This document shows positions 26,875 to 42,600 of a DNA stretch of 64,000 nucleotides, piece after piece. The notes beneath the pieces are model-generated. The model had not been told where the DNA came from. It ran no database searches and saw nothing but the letters and a program-made list of their open reading frames with translations. The first letter of the stretch is position 1, and each line of letters starts with the position of its first letter. Origin of the DNA: Eledone cirrhosa (taxonomy: Eukaryota); NCBI GenBank assembly GCA_964016885.1, contig OZ024743.1, positions 233,926,001-233,990,000 of the forward strand. Direction: 5' to 3'. Made by a program: the position numbers and the translations under genes.

Positions 26875-29144
26875 TCACGCCACACATAGCCAATGAGTGT
26901 CTGCACATGTACAAGTAATTACAGATCGATCCGACCACGGGCGGCCGGCCCGCGATTGAAAAGGTAACTCCGCCGGCAAATCGTCATTTTTGGATTCGTT
27001 TTCTTCGAAGCACACCATTCGCCGGCTGACTTTGTTGACGTTTAACACGGTTTGGTTCCACAGCCACAACTATTGATTTTAAGGAGATATCTTGCTGAAA
27101 TTCACGCCACACATAGCCAATGAGTGTCTGCACATGTACCAGTAATTACAGATCGATCCGACCACGGGCGGTCGGTTTGCGATTGAAAAGGTAACTCCGC
27201 CGGCAAATCGTCATTTTTGGATTCGTTTTCTTCGAAGCACACCATTCGCCGGCGGACTTTGTTGACGTTTAACACGGTTTGGTTCCACAGCCACAACTAT
27301 TGATTTTACGGAGATATCTTGCTGAAATTCACGCCACACATAGCCAATGAGTGTCTGCACATGTATCAGTAATTACAGATCGATCCGACCACGGGCGGCC
27401 GGCCCGCGATTGAAAAGGTAACTCCGCCGGCAAATCGTCATTTTTGGATTCGTTTTCTTCGAAGCACACCATTCGCCGGCGGACTTTGTTGACGTTTAAC
27501 ACGGTTTGGTTCCACAGCCACAACTATTGATTTTACGGAGATATCTTGCTGAAATTCACGCCACACATAGCCAATGAGTGTCTGCACATGTACCAGTAAT
27601 TACAGATCGATCCGACCACGGGCGGCCGGCCCGCGATTGAAAAGGTAACTCCGCCGGCAAATCGTCATTTTTGGATTCGTTTTCTTCGAAGCACACCATT
27701 CGCCGGCTGACTTTGTTGATGTTTAACACGGTTTGGTTCCACAGCCACAACTATTGATTTTAAGGAGATATCTTGCTGAAATTCACGCCACACATAGCCA
27801 ATGAGTGTCTGCACATGTACCAGTAATTACAGATCGATCCGACCACGGGCGGCCGGCCCGCGATTGAAAAGGTAACTCCGCCGGCAAATCGTCATTTTTG
27901 GATTCGTTTTCTTCGAAGCACACCATTCGCCGGCGGACTTTGTTGACGTTTAACACGGTTTGGTTCCACAGCCACAACTATTGATTTTACGGAGATATCT
28001 TGCTGAAATTCACGCCACACATAGCCAATGAGTCTCTGCACATGTACCATTAATTACAGATCGATCCGACCACGGGCGGTCGGTTTGCGATTGAAAAGGT
28101 AACTCCGCCGGCAAATCGTCATTTTTGGATTCGTTTTCTTCGAAGCACACCATTCGCCGGCGGACTTTGTTGACGTTTAACAGGGTTTGGTTCCACAGCC
28201 ACAACTATTGATTTTACGGAGATATCTTGCTGAAATTCACGCCACACATAGCCAATGAGTGTCTGCACATGTACCAGTAATTACAGATCGATCCGACCAC
28301 GGGCGGCCGGCCCGCGATTGAAAAGGTAACTCCGCCGGCAAATCGTCATTTTTGGATTCGTTTTCTTCGAAGCACACCATTCGCCGGCGGACTTTGTTGA
28401 CGTTTAACACGGTTTGGTTCCACAGCCACAACTATTGATTTTACGGAGATATCTTGCTGAAATTCACGCCACACATAGCCAATGAGTGTCTGCACATGTA
28501 TCAGTAATTACAGATCGATCCGACCACGGGCGGCCGGCCCGCGATTGAAAAGGTAACTCCGCCGGCAAATCGTCATTTTTGGATTCGTTTTCTTCGAAGC
28601 ACACCATTCGCCGGCGGACTTTGTTGACGTTTAACACGGTTTGGTTCCACAGCCACAACTATTGATTTTACGGAGATATCTTGCTGAAATTCACGCCACA
28701 CATAGCCAATGAGTGTCTGCACATGTACAAGTAATTACAGATCGATCCGACCACGGGCGGCCGGCCCGCGATTGAAAAGGTAACTCCGCCGGCAAATCGT
28801 CATTTTTGGATTCGTTTTCTTCGAAGCACACCATTCGCCGGCGGACTTTGTTGACGTTTAACAGGGTTTGGTTCCACAGCCACAACTATTGATTTTACGG
28901 AGATATCTTGCTGAAATTCACGCCACACATAGCCAATGAGTGTCTGCACATGTACCAGTAATTACAGATCGATCCGACCACGGGCGGCCGGCCCGCGATT
29001 GAAAAGGTAACTCCGCCGGCAAATCGTCATTTTTGGATTCGTTTTCTTCGAAGCACACCATTCGCCGGCGGACTTTGTTGACGTTTAACACGGTTTGGTT
29101 CCACAGCCACAACTATTGATTTTACGGAGATATCTTGCTGAAAT

Positions 29145-32100
29145 TCACGCCACACATAGCCAATGAGTGTCTGCACATGTATCAGTAATTACAGATCGAT
29201 CCGACCACGGGCGGCCGGCCCGCGATTGAAAAGGTAACTCCGCCGGCAAATCGTCATTTTTGGATTCGTTTTCTTCGAAGCACACCATTCGCCGGCGGAC
29301 TTTGTTGACGTTTAACACGGTTTGGTTCCACAGCCACAACTATTGATTTTACGGAGATATCTTGCTGAAATTCACGCCACACATAGCCAATGAGTGTCTG
29401 CACATGTACAAGTAATTACAGATCGATCCGACCACGGGCGGCCGGCCCGCGATTGAAAAGGTAACTCCGCCGGCAAATCGTCATTTTTGGATTCGTTTTC
29501 TTCGAAGCACACCATTCGCCGGCGGACTTTGTTGACGTTTAACACGGTTTGGTTCCACAGCCACAACTATTGATTTTACGGAGATATCTTGCTGAAATTC
29601 ACGCCACACATAGCCAATGAGTGTCTGCACATGTACCAGTAATTACAGATCGATCCGACCACGGGCGGCCGGCCCGCGATTGAAAAGGTAACTCCGCCGG
29701 CAAATCGTCATTTTTGGATTCGTTTTCTTCGAAGCACACCATTCGCCGGCGGACTTTGTTGACGTTTAACACGGTTTGGTTCCACAGCCACAACTATTGA
29801 TTTTACGGAGATATCTTGCTGAAATTCACGCCACACATAGCCAATGAGTCTCTGCACATGTACCATTAATTACAGATCGATCCGACCACGGGCGGTCGGT
29901 TTGCGATTGAAAAGGTAACTCCGCCGGCAAATCGTCATTTTTGGATTCGTTTTCTTCGAAGCACACCATTCGCCGGCTGACTTTGTTGACGTTTAACACG
30001 GTTTGGTTCCACAGCCACAACTATTGATTTTAAGGAGATATCTTGCTGAAATTCACGCCACACATAGCCAATGAGTGTCTGCACAGGTACCAGTAATTAC
30101 AGATCGATCCGACCACGGGCGGCCGGCCCGCGATTGAAAAGGTAACTCCGCCGGCAAATCGTCATTTTTGGATTCGTTTTCTTCGAAGCACACCATTCGC
30201 CGGCGGACTTTGTTGACGTTTAACACGGTTTGGTTCCACAGCCACAACTATTGATTTTACGGAGATATCTTGCTGAAATTCACGCCACACATAGCCAATG
30301 AGTGTCTGCACATGTACAAGTAATTACAGATCGATCCGACCACGGGCGGCCGGCCCGCGATTGAAAAGGTAACTCCGCCGGCAAATCGTCATTTTTGGAT
30401 TCGTTTTCTTCGAAGCACACCATTCGCCGGCTGACTTTGTTGACGTTTAACACGGTTTGGTTCCACAGCCACAACTATTGATTTTAAGGAGATATCTTGC
30501 TGAAATTCACGCCACACATAGCCAATGAGTGTCTGCACATGTACCAGTAATTACAGATCGATCCGACCACGGGCGGTCGGTTTGCGATTGAAAAGGTAAC
30601 TCCGCCGGCAAATCGTCATTTTTGGATTCGTTTTCTTCGAAGCACACCATTCGCCGGCGGACTTTGTTGACGTTTAACACGGTTTGGTTCCACAGCCACA
30701 ACTATTGATTTTACGGAGATATCTTGCTGAAATTCACGCCACACATAGCCAATGAGTGTCTGCACATGTATCAGTAATTACAGATCGATCCGACCACGGG
30801 CGGCCGGCCCGCGATTGAAAAGGTAACTCCGCCGGCAAATCGTCATTTTTGGATTCGTTTTCTTCGAAGCACACCATTCGCCGGCGGACTTTGTTGACGT
30901 TTAACACGGTTTGGTTCCACAGCCACAACTATTGATTTTACGGAGATATCTTGCTGAAATTCACGCCACACATAGCCAATGAGTGTCTGCACATGTACCA
31001 GTAATTACAGATCGATCCGACCACGGGCGGCCGGCCCGCGATTGAAAAGGTAACTCCGCCGGCAAATCGTCATTTTTGGATTCGTTTTCTTCGAAGCACA
31101 CCATTCGCCGGCGGACTTTGTTGACGTTTAACACGGTTTGGTTCCACAGCCACAACTATTGATTTTACGGAGATATCTTGCTGAAATTCACGCCACACAT
31201 AGCCAATGAGTCTCTGCACATGTACCATTAATTACAGATCGATCCGACCACGGGCGGTCGGTTTGCGATTGAAAAGGTAACTCCGCCGGCAAATCGTCAT
31301 TTTTGGATTCGTTTTCTTCGAAGCACACCATTCGCCGGCGGACTTTGTTGACGTTTAACACGGTTTGGTTCCACAGCCACAACTATTGATTTTACGGAGA
31401 TATCTTGCTGAAATTCACGCCACACATAGCCAATGAGTGTCTGCACATGTACCAGTAATTACAGATCGATCCGACCACGGGCGGCCGGCCCGCGATTGAA
31501 AAGGTAACTCCGCCGGCAAATCGTCATTTTTGGATTCGTTTTCTTCGAAGCACACCATTCGCCGGCTGACTTTGTTGATGTTTAACACGGTTTGGTTCCA
31601 CAGCCACAACTATTGATTTTAAGGAGATATCTTGCTGAAATTCACGCCACACATAGCCAATGAGTGTCTGCACAGGTACCAGTAATTACAGATCGATCCG
31701 ACCACGGGCGGCCGGCCCGCTATTGAAAAGGTAACTCCGCCGGCAAATCGTCATTTTTGGATTCGTTTTCTTCGAAGCACACCATTCGCCGGCGGACTTT
31801 GTTGACGTTTAACAGGGTTTGGTTCCACAGCCACAACTATTGATTTTACGGAGATATCTTGCTGAAATTCACGCCACACATAGCCAATGAGTGTCTGCAC
31901 ATGTACCAGTAATTACAGATCGATCCGACCACGGGCGGCCGGCCCGCGATTGAAAAGGTAACTCCGCCGGCAAATCGTCATTTTTGGATTCGTTTTCTTC
32001 GAAGCACACCATTCGCCGGCGGACTTTGTTGACGTTTAACACGGTTTGGTTCCACAGCCACAACTATTGATTTTACGGAGATATCTTGCTGAAATTCACG

Positions 32101-35100
32101 CCACACATAGCCAATGAGTGTCTGCACATGTACCAGTAATTACAGATCGATCCGACCACGGGCGGTCGGTTTGCGATTGAAAAGGTAACTCCGCCGGCAA
32201 ATCGTCATTTTTGGATTCGTTTTCTTCGAAGCACACCATTCGCCGGCTGACTTTGTTGACGTTTAACACGGTTTGGTTCCACAGCCACAACTATTGATTT
32301 TACGGAGATATCTTGCTGAAATTCACGCCACACATAGCCAATGAGTGTCTGCACATGTACCAGTAATTACAGATCGATCCGACCACGGGCGGTCGGTTTG
32401 CGATTGAAAAGGTAACTCCGCCGGCAAATCGTCATTTTTGGATTCGTTTTCTTCGAAGCACACCATTCGCCGGCGGACTTTGTTGACGTTTAACACGGTT
32501 TGGTTCCACAGCCACAACTATTGATTTTACGGAGATATCTTGCTGAAATTCACGCCACACATAGCCAATGAGTGTCTGCACATGTACCAGTAATTACAGA
32601 TCGATCCGACCACGGGCGGCCGGCCCGCGATTGAAAAGGTAACTCCGCCGGCAAATCGTCATTTTTGGATTCGTTTTCTTCGAAGCACACCATTCGCCGG
32701 CGGACTTTGTTGACGTTTAACACGGTTTGGTTCCACAGCCACAACTATTGATTTTACGGAGATATCTTGCTGAAATTCACGCCACACATAGCCAATGAGT
32801 GTCTGCACATGTACCAGTAATTACAGATCGATCCGACCACGGGCGGTCGGTTTGCGATTGAAAAGGTAACTCCGCCGGCAAATCGTCATTTTTGGATTCG
32901 TTTTCTTCGAAGCACACCATTCGCCGGCTGACTTTGTTGACGTTTAACACGGTTTGGTTCCACAGCCACAACTATTGATTTTACGGAGATATCTTGCTGA
33001 AATTCACGCCACACATAGCCAATGAGTGTCTGCACATGTACCAGTAATTACAGATCGATCCGACCACGGGCGGTCGGTTTGCGATTGAAAAGGTAACTCC
33101 GCCGGCAAATCGTCATTTTTGGATTCGTTTTCTTCGAAGCACACCATTCGCCGGCGGACTTTGTTGACGTTTAACACGGTTTGGTTCCACAGCCACAACT
33201 ATTGATTTTACGGAGATATCTTGCTGAAATTCACGCCACACATAGCCAATGAGTGTCTGCACATGTATCAGTAATTACAGATCGATCCGACCACGGGCGG
33301 CCGGCCCGCGATTGAAAAGGTAACTCCGCCGGCAAATCGTCATTTTTGGATTCGTTTTCTTCGAAGCACACCATTCGCCGGCGGACTTTGTTGACGTTTA
33401 ACACGGTTTGGTTCCACAGCCACAACTATTGATTTTACGGAGATATCTTGCTGAAATTCACGCCACACATAGCCAATGAGTGTCTGCACATGTACAAGTA
33501 ATTACAGATCGATCCGACCACGGGCGGCCGGCCCGCGATTGAAAAGGTAACTCCGCCGGCAAATCGTCATTTTTGGATTCGTTTTCTTCGAAGCACACCA
33601 TTCGCCGGCGGACTTTGTTGACGTTTAACACGGTTTGGTTCCACAGCCACAACTATTGATTTTACGGAGATATCTTGCTGAAATTCACGCCACACATAGC
33701 CAATGAGTGTCTGCACATGTACCAGTAATTACAGATCGATCCGACCACGGGCGGCCGGCCCGCGATTGAAAAGGTAACTCCGCCGGCAAATCGTCATTTT
33801 TGGATTCGTTTTCTTCGAAGCACACCATTCGCCGGCGGACTTTGTTGACGTTTAACACGGTTTGGTTCCACAGCCACAACTATTGATTTTACGGAGATAT
33901 CTTGCTGAAATTCACGCCACACATAGCCAATGAGTCTCTGCACATGTACCATTAATTACAGATCGATCCGACCACGGGCGGTCGGTTTGCGATTGAAAAG
34001 GTAACTCCGCCGGCAAATCGTCATTTTTGGATTCGTTTTCTTCGAAGCACACCATTCGCCGGCTGACTTTGTTGACGTTTAACACGGTTTGGTTCCACAG
34101 CCACAACTATTGATTTTAAGGAGATATCTTGCTGAAATTCACGCCACACATAGCCAATGAGTGTCTGCACAGGTACCAGTAATTACAGATCGATCCGACC
34201 ACGGGCGGCCGGCCCGCGATTGAAAAGGTAACTCCGCCGGCAAATCGTCATTTTTGGATTCGTTTTCTTCGAAGCACACCATTCGCCGGCGGACTTTGTT
34301 GACGTTTAACACGGTTTGGTTCCACAGCCACAACTATTGATTTTACGGAGATATCTTGCTGAAATTCACGCCACACATAGCCAATGAGTGTCTGCACATG
34401 TACAAGTAATTACAGATCGATCCGACCACGGGCGGCCGGCCCGCGATTGAAAAGGTAACTCCGCCGGCAAATCGTCATTTTTGGATTCGTTTTCTTCGAA
34501 GCACACCATTCGCCGGCTGACTTTGTTGACGTTTAACACGGTTTGGTTCCACAGCCACAACTATTGATTTTAAGGAGATATCTTGCTGAAATTCACGCCA
34601 CACATAGCCAATGAGTGTCTGCACATGTACCAGTAATTACAGATCGATCCGACCACGGGCGGTCGGTTTGCGATTGAAAAGGTAACTCCGCCGGCAAATC
34701 GTCATTTTTGGATTCGTTTTCTTCGAAGCACACCATTCGCCGGCGGACTTTGTTGACGTTTAACACGGTTTGGTTCCACAGCCACAACTATTGATTTTAC
34801 GGAGATATCTTGCTGAAATTCACGCCACACATAGCCAATGAGTGTCTGCACATGTATCAGTAATTACAGATCGATCCGACCACGGGCGGCCGGCCCGCGA
34901 TTGAAAAGGTAACTCCGCCGGCAAATCGTCATTTTTGGATTCGTTTTCTTCGAAGCACACCATTCGCCGGCGGACTTTGTTGACGTTTAACACGGTTTGG
35001 TTCCACAGCCACAACTATTGATTTTACGGAGATATCTTGCTGAAATTCACGCCACACATAGCCAATGAGTGTCTGCACATGTACCAGTAATTACAGATCG

Positions 35101-35500
35101 ATCCGACCACGGGCGGCCGGCCCGCGATTGAAAAGGTAACTCCGCCGGCAAATCGTCATTTTTGGATTCGTTTTCTTCGAAGCACACCATTCGCCGGCGG
35201 ACTTTGTTGACGTTTAACACGGTTTGGTTCCACAGCCACAACTATTGATTTTACGGAGATATCTTGCTGAAATTCACGCCACACATAGCCAATGAGTCTC
35301 TGCACATGTACCATTAATTACAGATCGATCCGACCACGGGCGGTCGGTTTGCGATTGAAAAGGTAACTCCGCCGGCAAATCGTCATTTTTGGATTCGTTT
35401 TCTTCGAAGCACACCATTCGCCGGCGGACTTTGTTGACGTTTAACACGGTTTGGTTCCACAGCCACAACTATTGATTTTACGGAGATATCTTGCTGAAAT
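29145..35500. repeat. 18-monomer HOR (4086 bp): one full copy plus a partial second copy
   Basis: The variant order of 29145-31414 repeats at 33231-35500 (offset 4086 = 18x227). Confidence 0.8.
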
Positions 35501-36635
35501 TCACGCCACACATAGCCAATGAGTGTCTGCACATGTATCAGTAATTACAGATCGATCCGACCACGGGCGGCCGGCCCGCGATTGAAAAGGTAACTCCGCC
35601 GGCAAATCGTCATTTTTGGATTCGTTTTCTTCGAAGCACACCATTCGCCGGCGGACTTTGTTGACGTTTAACACGGTTTGGTTCCACAGCCACAACTATT
35701 GATTTTACGGAGATATCTTGCTGAAATTCACGCCACACATAGCCAATGAGTGTCTGCACATGTACAAGTAATTACAGATCGATCCGACCACGGGCGGCCG
35801 GCCCGCGATTGAAAAGGTAACTCCGCCGGCAAATCGTCATTTTTGGATTCGTTTTCTTCGAAGCACACCATTCGCCGGCGGACTTTGTTGACGTTTAACA
35901 CGGTTTGGTTCCACAGCCACAACTATTGATTTTACGGAGATATCTTGCTGAAATTCACGCCACACATAGCCAATGAGTGTCTGCACATGTACCAGTAATT
36001 ACAGATCGATCCGACCACGGGCGGCCGGCCCGCGATTGAAAAGGTAACTCCGCCGGCAAATCGTCATTTTTGGATTCGTTTTCTTCGAAGCACACCATTC
36101 GCCGGCGGACTTTGTTGACGTTTAACACGGTTTGGTTCCACAGCCACAACTATTGATTTTACGGAGATATCTTGCTGAAATTCACGCCACACATAGCCAA
36201 TGAGTCTCTGCACATGTACCATTAATTACAGATCGATCCGACCACGGGCGGTCGGTTTGCGATTGAAAAGGTAACTCCGCCGGCAAATCGTCATTTTTGG
36301 ATTCGTTTTCTTCGAAGCACACCATTCGCCGGCTGACTTTGTTGACGTTTAACACGGTTTGGTTCCACAGCCACAACTATTGATTTTAAGGAGATATCTT
36401 GCTGGAATTCACGCCACACATAGCCAATGAGTGTCTGCACATGTACCAGTAATTACAGATCGATCCGACCACGGGCGGTCGGTTTGCGATTGAAAAGGTA
36501 ACTCCGCCGGCAAATCGTCATTTTTGGATTCGTTTTCTTCGAAGCACACCATTCGCCGGCTGACTTTGTTGACGTTTAACACGGTTTGGTTCCACAGCCA
36601 CAACTATTGATTTTACGGAGATATCTTCCTGAAAT

Positions 36636-39600
36636 TCACGCCACACATAGCCAATGAGTGTCTGCACATGTACCAGTAATTACAGATCGATCCGACCACG
36701 GGCGGCCGGTTTGCGATTGAAAAGGTAACTCCGCCGGCAAATCGTCATTTTTGGATTCGTTTTCTTCGAAGCACACCATTCGCCGGCGGACTTTGTTGAC
36801 GTTTAACACGGTTTGGTTCCACAGCCACAACTATTGATTTTACGGAGATATCTTGCTGAAATTCACGCCACACATAGCCAATGAGTGTCTGCACATGTAC
36901 CAGTAATTACAGATCGATCCGACCACGGGCGGCCGGCCCGCGATTGAAAAGGTAACTCCGCCGGCAAATCGTCATTTTTGGATTCGTTTTCTTCGAAGCA
37001 CACCATTCGCCGGCGGACTTTGTTGACGTTTAACACGGTTTGGTTCCACAGCCACAACTATTGATTTTACGGAGATATCTTGCTGAAATTCACGCCACAC
37101 ATAGCCAATGAGTGTCTGCACATGTACCAGTAATTACAGATCGATCCGACCACGGGCGGCCGGCCCGCGATTGAAAAGGTAACTCCGCCGGCAAATCGTC
37201 ATTTTTGGATTCGTTTTCTTCGAAGCACACCATTCGCCGGCGGACTTTGTTGACGTTTAACACGGTTTGGTTCCACAGCCACAACTATTGATTTTACGGA
37301 GATATCTTGCTGAAATTCACGCCACACATAGCCAATGAGTGTCTGCACATGTACCAGTAATTACAGATCGATCCGACCACGGGCGGCCGGCCCGCGATTG
37401 AAAAGGTAACTCCGCCGGCAAATCGTCATTTTTGGATTCGTTTTCTTCGAAGCACACCATTCGCCGGCGGACTTTGTTGACGTTTAACACGGTTTGGTTC
37501 CACAGCCACAACTATTGATTTTACGGAGATATCTTGCTGAAATTCACGCCACACATAGCCAATGAGTCTCTGCACATGTACCAGTAATTACAGATCGATC
37601 CGACCACGGGCGGTCGGTTTGCGATTGAAAAGGTAACTCCGCCGGCAAATCGTCATTTTTGGATTCGTTTTCTTCGAAGCACACCATTCGCCGGCGGACT
37701 TTGTTGACGTTTAAGACGGTTTGGTTCCACAGCCACAACTATTGATTTTACGGAGATATCTTCCTGAAATTCACGCCACACATAGCCAATGAGTGTCTGC
37801 ACATGTACCAGTAATTACAGATCGATCCGACCACGGGCGGCCGGCCCGCGATTGAAAAGGTAACTCCGCCGGCAAATCGTCATTTTTGGATTCGTTTTCT
37901 TCGAAGCACACCATTCGCCGGCTGACTTTGTTGACGTTTAACACGGTTTGGTTCCACAGCCACAACTATTGATTTTACGGAGATATCTTGCTGAAATTCA
38001 CGCCACACATAGCCAATGAGTGTCTGCACATGTACCAGTAATTACAAATCGATCCGACCACGGGCGGCCGGCCCGCGATTGAAAAGGTAACTCCGCCGGC
38101 AAATCGTCATTTTTGGATTCGTTTTCTTCGAAGCACACCATTCGCCGGCGGACTTTGTTGACGTTTAACACGGTTTGGTTCCACAGCCACAACTATTGAT
38201 TTTACGGAGATATCTTGCTGAAATTCACGCCACACATAGCCAATGAGTGTCTGCACATGTACCAGTAATTACAGATCGATCCGACCACGGGCGGTCGGTT
38301 TGCGATTGAAAAGGTAACTCCGCCGGCAAATCGTCATTTTTGGATTCGTTTTCTTCGAAGCACACCATTCGCCGGCTGACTTTGTTGACGTTTAACACGG
38401 TTTGGTTCCACAGCCACAACTATTGATTTTACGGAGATATCTTGCTGAAATTCACGCCACACATAGCCAATGAGTGTCTGCACATGTACCAGTAATTACA
38501 GATCGATCCGACCACGGGCGGTCGGTTTGCGATTGAAAAGGTAACTCCGCCGGCAAATCGTCATTTTTGGATTCGTTTTCTTCGAAGCACACCATTCGCC
38601 GGCGGACTTTGTTGACGTTTAACACGGTTTGGTTCCACAGCCACAACTATTGATTTTACGGAGATATCTTGCTGAAATTCACGCCACACATAGCCAATGA
38701 GTGTCTGCACATGTACCAGTAATTACAGATCGATCCGACCACGGGCGGCCGGCCCGCGATTGAAAAGGTAACTCCGCCGGCAAATCGTCATTTTTGGATT
38801 CGTTTTCTTCGAAGCACACCATTCGCCGGCTGACTTTGTTGATGTTTAACACGGTTTGGTTCCACAGCCACAACTATTGATTTTACGGAGATATCTTGCT
38901 GAAATTCACGCCACACATAGCCAATGAGTGTCTGCACAGGTACCAGTAATTACAGATCGATCCGACCACGGGCGGCCGGCCCGCTATTGAAAAGGTAACT
39001 CCGCCGGCAAATCGTCATTTTTGGATTCGTTTTCTTCGAAGCACACCATTCGCCGGCGGACTTTGTTGACGTTTAACACGGTTTGGTTCCACAGCCACAA
39101 CTATTGATTTTACGGAGATATCTTGCTGAAATTCACGCCACACAGCCAATGAGTGTCTGCACATGTACCAGTAATTACAGATCGATCCGACCACGGGCGG
39201 CCGGCCCGCGATTGAAAAGGTAACTCCGCCGGCAAATCGTCATTTTTGGATTCGTTTTCTTCGAAGCACACCATTCGCCGGCGGACTTTGTTGACGTTTA
39301 ACACGGTTTGGTTCCACAGCCACAACTATTGATTTTACGGAGATATCTTGCTGAAATTCACGCCACACATAGCCAATGAGTCTCTGCACATGTACCAGTA
39401 ATTACAGATCGATCCGACCACGGGCGGTCGGTTTGCGATTGAAAAGGTAACTCCGCCGGCAAATCGTCATTTTTGGATTCGTTTTCTTCGAAGCACACCA
39501 TTCGCCGGCGGACTTTGTTGACGTTTAACACGGTTTGGTTCCACAGCCACAACTATTGATTTTACGGAGATATCTTGCTGAAATTCACGCCACACATAGC

Positions 39601-42600
39601 CAATGAGTGTCTGCACATGTACCAGTAATTACAGATCGATCCGACCACGGGCGGCCGGCCCGCGATTGAAAAGGTAACTCCGCCGGCAAATCGTCATTTT
39701 TGGATTCGTTTTCTTCGAAGCACACCATTCGCCGGCGGACTTTGTTGACGTTTAACACGGTTTGGTTCCACAGCCACAACTATTGATTTTACGGAGATAT
39801 CTTGCTGAAATTCACGCCACACATAGCCAATGAGTGTCTGCACATGTACCAGTAATTACAGATCGATCCGACCACGGGCGGCCGGCCCGCGATTGAAAAG
39901 GTAACTCCGCCGGCAAATCGTCATTTTTGGATTCGTTTTCTTCGAAGCACACCATTCGCCGGCGGACTTTGTTGACGTTTAACACGGTTTGGTTCCACAG
40001 CCACAACTATTGATTTTACGGAGATATCTTGCTGAAATTCACGCCACACATAGCCAATGAGTGTCTGCACATGTACCAGTAATTACAGATCGATCCGACC
40101 ACGGGCGGCCGGCCCGCGATTGAAAAGGTAACTCCGCCGGCAAATCGTCATTTTTGGATTCGTTTTCTTCGAAGCACACCATTCGCCGGCGGACTTTGTT
40201 GACGTTTAACACGGTTTGGTTCCACAGCCACAACTATTGATTTTACGGAGATATCTTGCTGAAATTCACGCCACACATAGCCAATGAGTCTCTGCACATG
40301 TACCAGTAATTACAGATCGATCCGACCACGGGCGGTCGGTTTGCGATTGAAAAGGTAACTCCGCCGGCAAATCGTCATTTTTGGATTCGTTTTCTTCGAA
40401 GCACACCATTCGCCGGCGGACTTTGTTGACGTTTAAGACGGTTTGGTTCCACAGCCACAACTATTGATTTTACGGAGATATCTTCCTGAAATTCACGCCA
40501 CACATAGCCAATGAGTGTCTGCACATGTACCAGTAATTACAGATCGATCCGACCACGGGCGGCCGGCCCGCGATTGAAAAGGTAACTCCGCCGGCAAATC
40601 GTCATTTTTGGATTCGTTTTCTTCGAAGCACACCATTCGCCGGCTGACTTTGTTGACGTTTAACACGGTTTGGTTCCACAGCCACAACTATTGATTTTAC
40701 GGAGATATCTTGCTGAAATTCACGCCACACATAGCCAATGAGTGTCTGCACATGTACCAGTAATTACAAATCGATCCGACCACGGGCGGCCGGCCCGCGA
40801 TTGAAAAGGTAACTCCGCCGGCAAATCGTCATTTTTGGATTCGTTTTCTTCGAAGCACACCATTCGCCGGCGGACTTTGTTGACGTTTAACACGGTTTGG
40901 TTCCACAGCCACAACTATTGATTTTACGGAGATATCTTGCTGAAATTCACGCCACACATAGCCAATGAGTGTCTGCACATGTACCAGTAATTACAGATCG
41001 ATCCGACCACGGGCGGTCGGTTTGCGATTGAAAAGGTAACTCCGCCGGCAAATCGTCATTTTTGGATTCGTTTTCTTCGAAGCACACCATTCGCCGGCGG
41101 ACTTTGTTGACGTTTAACACGGTTTGGTTCCACAGCCACAACTATTGATTTTACGGAGATATCTTGCTGAAATTCACGCCACACATAGCCAATGAGTGTC
41201 TGCACATGTACCAGTAATTACAGATCGATCCGACCACGGGCGGCCGGCCCGCGATTGAAAAGGTAACTCCGCCGGCAAATCGTCATTTTTGGATTCGTTT
41301 TCTTCGAAGCACACCATTCGCCGGCTGACTTTGTTGATGTTTAACACGGTTTGGTTCCACAGCCACAACTATTGATTTTACGGAGATATCTTGCTGAAAT
41401 TCACGCCACACATAGCCAATGAGTGTCTGCACAGGTACCAGTAATTACAGATCGATCCGACCACGGGCGGCCGGCCCGCTATTGAAAAGGTAACTCCGCC
41501 GGCAAATCGTCATTTTTGGATTCGTTTTCTTCGAAGCACACCATTCGCCGGCGGACTTTGTTGACGTTTAACACGGTTTGGTTCCACAGCCACAACTATT
41601 GATTTTACGGAGATATCTTGCTGAAATTCACGCCACACAGCCAATGAGTGTCTGCACATGTACCAGTAATTACAGATCGATCCGACCACGGGCGGCCGGC
41701 CCGCGATTGAAAAGGTAACTCCGCCGGCAAATCGTCATTTTTGGATTCGTTTTCTTCGAAGCACACCATTCGCCGGCGGACTTTGTTGACGTTTAACACG
41801 GTTTGGTTCCACAGCCACAACTATTGATTTTACGGAGATATCTTGCTGAAATTCACGCCACACATAGCCAATGAGTCTCTGCACATGTACCAGTAATTAC
41901 AGATCGATCCGACCACGGGCGGTCGGTTTGCGATTGAAAAGGTAACTCCGCCGGCAAATCGTCATTTTTGGATTCGTTTTCTTCGAAGCACACCATTCGC
42001 CGGCGGACTTTGTTGACGTTTAACACGGTTTGGTTCCACAGCCACAACTATTGATTTTACGGAGATATCTTCCTGAAATTCAGGCCACACATAGCCAATG
42101 AGTGTCTGCACATGTACCAGTAATTACAGATCGATCCGACCACGGGCGGCCGGTTTGCGATTGAAAAGGTAACTCCGCCGGCAAATCGTCATTTTTGGAT
42201 TCGTTTTCTTCGAAGCACACCATTCGCCGGCGGACTTTGTTGACGTTTAACACGGTTTGGTTCCACAGCCACAACTATTGATTTTACGGAGATATCTTGC
42301 TGAAATTCACGCCACACATAGCCAATGAGTGTCTGCACATGTACCAGTAATTACAGATCGATCCGACCACGGGCGGCCGGCCCGCGATTGAAAAGGTAAC
42401 TCCGCCGGCAAATCGTCATTTTTGGATTCGTTTTCTTCGAAGCACACCATTCGCCGGCGGACTTTGTTGACGTTTAACACGGTTTGGTTCCACAGCCACA
42501 ACTATTGATTTTACGGAGATATCTTGCTGAAATTCACGCCACACATAGCCAATGAGTGTCTGCACATGTACCAGTAATTACAGATCGATCCGACCACGGG

